From an uncultured Persicitalea sp. (GTDB lineage Bacteria; Bacteroidota; Bacteroidia; Cytophagales; Spirosomataceae): a stretch of 40,000 bases of DNA. The translations under genes were made by a program, and so were the position numbers. This document shows positions 35,577 to 40,000 of the stretch, one piece after another (position 1 is the stretch's first letter; every line of letters begins with the position of its first letter). The notes below the pieces were generated by a model that saw nothing but the letters and a program-made list of their open reading frames with translations, searched no databases and had not been told where the DNA came from. Where the stretch lies: positions 1 to 40,000 of the forward strand of contig CAZCOG010000001.1 in NCBI GenBank assembly GCA_964500445.1. Reading direction: 5' to 3'.

Positions 35577-36572
35577 TTATCGCTTAATTCGCCCCGACGT
35601 CTCGCCCTGCCGGATGGCTTCCACCTCGGCTTCGGTGCTAACGAGTGCGTCTCCTTCGATGGTGTGTTTCAGGGCCGAGGCCGCCACACCGAATTCCAGG
35701 GCTTTCTGCTCGTCGTCGAATTTCAAAAGGCCGTGAATGAGTCCGGCGATGAAGGCGTCACCTCCGCCCACGCGATCCACAATGGGATTGATTTCAACGT
35801 CGGCAGTTTCTAGCATCCTTTCGCCATTCCAGAGAAAAGCTTTCAGCAAATTGTGGCTGGCACTGAGGGAAGTACGTTGCGTGTCCACCACGCGGCTTAC
35901 CTGCGGGAAGGCTTTTTGTAATTTCACGCAGGCATCCAGAAAATCGGTACATTCGATGCCAAATATTTCTTTAACATTGATATGATTGGCAATCACTATA
36001 TCCGTTCCGGCGGTGAGTTCAGGTAGTACATCACCGGGCGTCTTACCGTATTTCCAAAGGTTGGAACGGTAAAAGATATCGCCCGAAACGGTAATCCCCT
36101 TTTTGCGAGCTGCCTGAATCCCCTGCAGACAGGCATCGGCAGCCTCCTGCGAAAGTGCCGGGGTGATGCCCGCCCAGTGAAACCAGGTGGCGTCCTTCAG
36201 AATTTCGTTCCAGTCGTACGACTGCGGGTCGGCCGTAGCGAAGGATGAACCCGCCCGGTCGTACACGATTTGGCTACCGCGCAGGGCCGCGCCCGTTTCA
36301 AGGTAATAAACTGCCATGCGGGGGCCGCCGAACTGAATGTGCGAAATGTCTACACCATGAAACCGAAGGTACTGCGCTGCCGCCCGGCCCACGGGCGAGT
36401 CGGGAAAGTGAGTAACGTGCGCCGTACTGTGCCCCCAGTAAGCCAGGGCGGAAGCTACGTTGGCTTCGCCGCCAGCATAGGTAACATCGAAAGATCGGGC
36501 TTGCTCAAAACGAGAAAAACCGGGAGTACTAAGGCGCAGTAACACTTCGCCGATGGTAACTATTTGGGCCAT
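35577..36572 (-). CDS. kdgK: 2-dehydro-3-deoxygluconokinase (PfkB family)
   Basis: Start placed at ATG 36572 (MAQIVTIGEVLLRLS); the longest ORF begins 4 codons earlier at a TTG (36584). Colinear with Bacteroidota-type KdgK as I recall it: YAGGEANVA, IVYDRAGSSF, WFHWAGITPAL, and the PfkB signature GGGDAFIAGLIHGL. Confidence 0.85.
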   Translation of the reverse strand: MAQIVTIGEVLLRLSTPGFSRFEQARSFDVTYAGGEANVASALAYWGHSTAHVTHFPDSPVGRAAAQYLRFHGVDISHIQFGGPRMAVYYLETGAALRGSQIVYDRAGSSFATADPQSYDWNEILKDATWFHWAGITPALSQEAADACLQGIQAARKKGITVSGDIFYRSNLWKYGKTPGDVLPELTAGTDIVIANHINVKEIFGIECTDFLDACVKLQKAFPQVSRVVDTQRTSLSASHNLLKAFLWNGERMLETADVEINPIVDRVGGGDAFIAGLIHGLLKFDDEQKALEFGVAASALKHTIEGDALVSTEAEVEAIRQGETSGRIKR

Positions 36573-36772
36573 ACAGGAGGACAATCGGCGATCAGTGGGA
36601 AGCTGAAGACCTTTTCTACGGATAAAAAACTAATTGATTTTTTGAAAAACAAAGGTATGGATTTTCGTAAAGTAAGGAAATCCGACCCTCGCTTTGGCGG
36701 GAACAGACTTTATTTATTAAAATAATCAGTAATTTTATCCTCCAAATCTGAAAAAGACATCCATTAATCAAT

Positions 36773-37630
36773 ATGAAAACTGACACCCAAAATCCGCTGC
36801 CGAGTCTTGATGTCTGGGAAGAGGACGTCCTGACTCGCTACCCTGAGCCTTTTGAAAAAGCCAAGGAAGATTATCGCAACTACGACGAGCCGGGCCGCGA
36901 TACGGTTCGGGAGTTTTATCGGCTGAACCACACCTACCAGACGTACGACTTCGTACTTGAAAAAGAAAAGGAGTACCTCAAATTTGATAAAAAGGAAATG
37001 CCGGTTTGGGAAGCTTTCGACTTCCTGAACACGCTCGTGGACGACTCGGACCCCGATACCGATCTCGACCAGTGGCAACATCTGCTTCAAACTTCGGAAG
37101 CCATCCGTGCCGACGGCCATCCCGACTGGTTTGTGCTGGTAGGGCTGATGCACGACATGGGGAAGGTACTTTGCCTGTTTGGTGAGCCGCAATGGGCCGT
37201 CGTAGGGGATACTTTTCCCGTAGGCTGCGCCCATTCCGACAAGATTGTTTACCCAGAATATTTTGCCGCCAATCCGGATACGTACGATGAGCGCTACAAC
37301 ACCAAGTACGGTGTGTACGAGCCCAATTGCGGCCTGAACAACGTCCACATGTCGTGGGGGCACGACGAATACGTCTATCAAATGACGAAGCACGGCATGC
37401 CCGAAGAAGGGCAGTACATGCTGCGTTACCATTCCTTCTACGCCCAGCACCGCGAGCATGCCTACGACCATCTGCTCGACGACCACGACCGGGCGATGTT
37501 CGAATGGGTAAAGAAATTCAATCCTTACGACTTGTATTCCAAAGTACCTACCCCACCCGACTGGAAAAAACTCCGACCCTATTACGAGGATCTGGTGGCA
37601 AAGTACCTGCCCGGTTCACTGAAATTCTAG
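36773..37630 (+). CDS. myo-Inositol oxygenase (MIOX, HD-domain diiron oxygenase, PF05153-type)
   Basis: 285-aa ORF. Motifs: [70 protein letters not shown] and KYLPG..KF. These are in the same order and spacing as the animal enzyme as I remember it. Confidence 0.9.
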   Translation: MKTDTQNPLPSLDVWEEDVLTRYPEPFEKAKEDYRNYDEPGRDTVREFYRLNHTYQTYDFVLEKEKEYLKFDKKEMPVWEAFDFLNTLVDDSDPDTDLDQWQHLLQTSEAIRADGHPDWFVLVGLMHDMGKVLCLFGEPQWAVVGDTFPVGCAHSDKIVYPEYFAANPDTYDERYNTKYGVYEPNCGLNNVHMSWGHDEYVYQMTKHGMPEEGQYMLRYHSFYAQHREHAYDHLLDDHDRAMFEWVKKFNPYDLYSKVPTPPDWKKLRPYYEDLVAKYLPGSLKF

Positions 37631-37654
37631 ATTCCGGCATTTTCATTATTTTGG

Positions 37655-37711
37655 GGCCGCTATTCATGGTAGAGATGATTTTCGATCTCAGCCAGAATAG
37701 CGGTCTTTTTT
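37655..37711 (+). terminator. Terminator-like stem-loop between the MIOX and symporter genes
   Basis: GGCCGCTATTC (37655-37665) pairs with GAATAGCGGTC (37695-37705), giving 11 bp with one G-U. The 29-nt loop contains an inner GAGAT/ATCTC stem. T6 follows at 37706-37711. The symporter ATG is only 19 nt further on. Confidence 0.45.
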
Positions 37712-37729
37712 GCTTCCGACTCGTACTTC

Positions 37730-39115
37730 ATGCTCGCAATTTGCATTCTTGGTTATCTGGCCCTTAACCTGGGTATTGGGCTTTGGGCGTCACGTCGAGT
37801 TTCCACCACTCAGGATTTTGTGTTGGCAGGCCGCAACTTACCACTTCTGTTGGCAGCATCGGCTACCTTCGCCACTTGGTTCGGTTCCGAAACCATCATG
37901 GGTGCTCCTGCTGAATTTATTCAGCATGGCGTGCTGGGCGTCATTGAGGATCCCTTCGGAGCAGCGCTGTGCCTGTTCTTGGTAGGTGTATTTTTTGCCC
38001 GTCGCCTTTACGAAATGAACATTGTTACTTTCTGCGACTACTTCCGTATTCGCTACGGTCGGCGGGCAGAACTGTTGTCGGCGATTCTTATCATTCCCTC
38101 GTATTTCAGTTGGATTGCCGCACAATTGATGGCGATGGGCATCGTGCTGAAAATCGTATTGGGCTGGTCGCTGACGGAGTGCATCCTGCTGAGTTCGGTG
38201 GTTGTGATTCTCTACACGGTTTGGGGTGGCATGTGGTCGATTTCTATTACTGATTTTCTGCAAACGATTCTAATCATTCTTGGACTAAGCATCGTAGCCA
38301 TAATCCTTTACCAAAAAACGGGTGGAATGGCTGCTATCACTCAAAAACTACCTGAAGACTTCTTCCGTTTTTATCCTGAATTCACCTTTAAAAGCTCGGT
38401 GGAATACTTTGCTGCCTGGATTACCATCGGGCTGGGATCTATCCCGCAACAAGATGTTTTCCAGCGCGTCATGTCGGCCCGCTCGGCCCAGACGGCGGTG
38501 CGGGCTACGTTGATCTCCTCTTTCATGTACCTGAGTGTGGCCTTTATTCCGCTTTTTATTGCCCTCTGCGGCCACCTGCTCTATCCCGAACTCGAGCAGC
38601 AGGATGGGCAGATGATTATCCCTCAAATGATGCTATTGCACATGAGCCTGCCGCTGCAAGTCATGTTTTTCGGCGCTTTGGTTTCGGCTATTCTCAGCAC
38701 TACAAGTAGTGCCGTCATGGCCCCGGCGGCTGTACTAGGCGAAAACATCGTCAAATTCTTTCGCCCCGATATTACTGATCGACAGCTCCTACTCGTCATT
38801 CGGATAAGCATTGTATTAATCACGGCTGTCTGCATCTTTATGGCGACCACCCGTGAAAGCATTTTCGAACTCGTGGCCGAGTCCTCCGCGTTCAGTCTGG
38901 TATCGCTATTCATTCCGTTGGCCGTCGGTATCTACTGGCAGCGGGCCAACACAGTAGGCTGTTTGCTTTCGATGATAGCGGGGCTGGTTGCCTGGCTTTT
39001 CTGTATTTGGCTGGAAACTGAATACCCGCCATTAATCTATGGTTTGCTGGCTAGTACAGTAGGGATGCTGATCGGAGTCTTTTTATATGGCAAGCTTAAA
39101 CTCCAAAACGTATGA
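37730..39115 (+). CDS. Sodium:solute symporter (SSS/SLC5) family transporter, substrate unknown
   Basis: 461-aa, ~12-TM hydrophobic ORF. SSS N-terminal pattern GIGLWASRRVSTTQDFVLAGRNLP...ATWFGSETIMGAPAEF. Its stop overlaps the next gene's start (ATGA). Confidence 0.85.
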   Translation: MLAICILGYLALNLGIGLWASRRVSTTQDFVLAGRNLPLLLAASATFATWFGSETIMGAPAEFIQHGVLGVIEDPFGAALCLFLVGVFFARRLYEMNIVTFCDYFRIRYGRRAELLSAILIIPSYFSWIAAQLMAMGIVLKIVLGWSLTECILLSSVVVILYTVWGGMWSISITDFLQTILIILGLSIVAIILYQKTGGMAAITQKLPEDFFRFYPEFTFKSSVEYFAAWITIGLGSIPQQDVFQRVMSARSAQTAVRATLISSFMYLSVAFIPLFIALCGHLLYPELEQQDGQMIIPQMMLLHMSLPLQVMFFGALVSAILSTTSSAVMAPAAVLGENIVKFFRPDITDRQLLLVIRISIVLITAVCIFMATTRESIFELVAESSAFSLVSLFIPLAVGIYWQRANTVGCLLSMIAGLVAWLFCIWLETEYPPLIYGLLASTVGMLIGVFLYGKLKLQNV

Positions 39116-39957
39116 AAATCAAACTACTCTGTTTATTACTGCTCGGTAACGCGGCCTGTTTCGCCCAAACATCGCCCGCGCGCCTCATCATCCGCGGCGA
39201 CGACATGGGCTTTTCGCACTCCGGCAATCTGGCTCTGGTTGAAGCATACAAAAACGGTATCGAGACTTCCATTGAGGTCATCGTTCCCTCGCCATGGTTT
39301 CCCGAGGCGGTGCAGCTGCTCAAAGAAATCCCTACGGCGGATGTGGGCATCCATCTGGCTTTGACCAGCGAATGGGATTTGGTAAAATGGCGGCCCTTGA
39401 CGGCGGCAACAAGTTTGGTGAATGCGGATGGTTATTTTTATTCAATGGTTTTTCCGAACAAAAACTACCCCGGCCAGTCCATTTCCGAAAACAAATGGAA
39501 AATAGAAGACGTGGAGCGGGAATTCCGGGCACAAATCGAGATGGCTCTGCGGCACATTCCGCGCATCAGCCATGTGTCGGCGCACATGGGCTGCACGAGT
39601 TTGTCGAAGGAAGTGGCGGCGATGACTAAGCGGCTGGCACAAGAGTATAAAATTGACCTTGACCCGGACGACTACGCGGTGCAACGGCTACCGATGGAAG
39701 GGCTGCGGAACACGCCGGCGGAAAAAGCGCAGAGTTTCACAAACGCACTTGACAAAATGCAACCCGGCAAAACCTACCTCTTTGTGGAGCATCCCGGCCT
39801 GGACAACGCCGAACTACGCGCCATTCACCACATCGGCTACGAGAATGTGGCCGAAGATCGGCAAGGCGTGACGAATCTCTTTACTGATCCGAAAGTAAAG
39901 GCGCTGATTGAAAAAAAAGGTATTCAGCTGATTGCGTACCGGGATTTGGAAAAATAA
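39112..39957 (+). CDS. ChbG/HpnK (YdjC)-family carbohydrate deacetylase with Sec signal peptide
   Basis: 281-aa ORF. N-terminus MKIKLLCLLLLGNAACFAQ looks like a cleavable signal. YdjC-type motifs follow: LIIRGDDMGFSHSGN, GIHLALTSEW and SHVSAHMG. Confidence 0.8.
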   Translation: MKIKLLCLLLLGNAACFAQTSPARLIIRGDDMGFSHSGNLALVEAYKNGIETSIEVIVPSPWFPEAVQLLKEIPTADVGIHLALTSEWDLVKWRPLTAATSLVNADGYFYSMVFPNKNYPGQSISENKWKIEDVEREFRAQIEMALRHIPRISHVSAHMGCTSLSKEVAAMTKRLAQEYKIDLDPDDYAVQRLPMEGLRNTPAEKAQSFTNALDKMQPGKTYLFVEHPGLDNAELRAIHHIGYENVAEDRQGVTNLFTDPKVKALIEKKGIQLIAYRDLEK

Positions 39958-40000
39958 CCCTGATCACGCCCCCTCCCTAATTGCCAGTGCCAGCCGAATC

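Noticed and set aside
36764-37486. 240-aa ORF antisense to the MIOX gene
   Set aside because: Val/His/Gly-rich low-complexity translation with no motifs. It mirrors a frame that is strongly conserved as MIOX, so it is a typical shadow ORF.
1-40000. Looked for tRNA/rRNA genes, IS elements, transposases, integrases, CRISPR repeat arrays, toxin-antitoxin pairs and defence-type gene clusters
   Set aside because: Every ORF longer than about 140 aa that is not antisense to a better gene has a recognisable housekeeping, envelope or carbohydrate function. No gap exceeds ~375 bp. No regularly spaced direct repeats or tRNA-like T-arm sequences were seen by eye.

Overview
This window looks like an ordinary chromosomal segment of a Bacteroidota genome, probably Cytophagales-like. 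The phylum call rests on a SusC/SusD pair, a T9SS C-terminal sorting domain and recurrent TAnnTTTG -7 promoter motifs.

I call 27 protein-coding genes, densely packed on both strands. I found no tRNA or rRNA genes, transposases, integrases, CRISPR arrays or recognisable defence or toxin-antitoxin modules.

Gene content, in order:
- SusC/SusD transporter pair.
- argH translationally coupled to a secreted CxxCH + FG-GAP/VCBS protein.
- A large T9SS-secreted GH5 endoglucanase with an internally duplicated Ig/Cys-module tail.
- A DUF1338 (HglS/YdcJ-like) enzyme.
- An envelope cluster: LptD/OstA-like protein, Amidase_3, MlaD.
- An acyl-CoA carboxyltransferase.
- An M43 metzincin lipoprotein.
- msrB.
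- A TonB-dependent-type barrel protein.
- A membrane-embedded GT2.
- tgt.
- An OmpA-family protein.
- A tight glf / Wza-like / PHP-phosphatase / BY-kinase / SAF-less NeuB-like / udk operon.
- Divergent kdgK-eda and myo-inositol oxygenase / Na+-solute symporter / secreted ChbG(YdjC)-like deacetylase operons.

The best candidate for something undescribed is that last locus (34.8-40.0 kb). It may encode an oxygenase-initiated, non-Iol route from an inositol-type substrate to KDG, pyruvate and GAP. This is inference from gene content. The middle pathway steps and any regulator are not in the window.

Secondary curiosities:
- A duplicated uncharacterised Cys module in the GH5 protein.
- The haem-motif FG-GAP protein coupled to argH.
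- A NeuB-like enzyme lacking the SAF domain.
- A terminator-like hairpin inside the MIOX operon.

All homology statements come from motif recognition by eye and memory. No searches or alignments were run.
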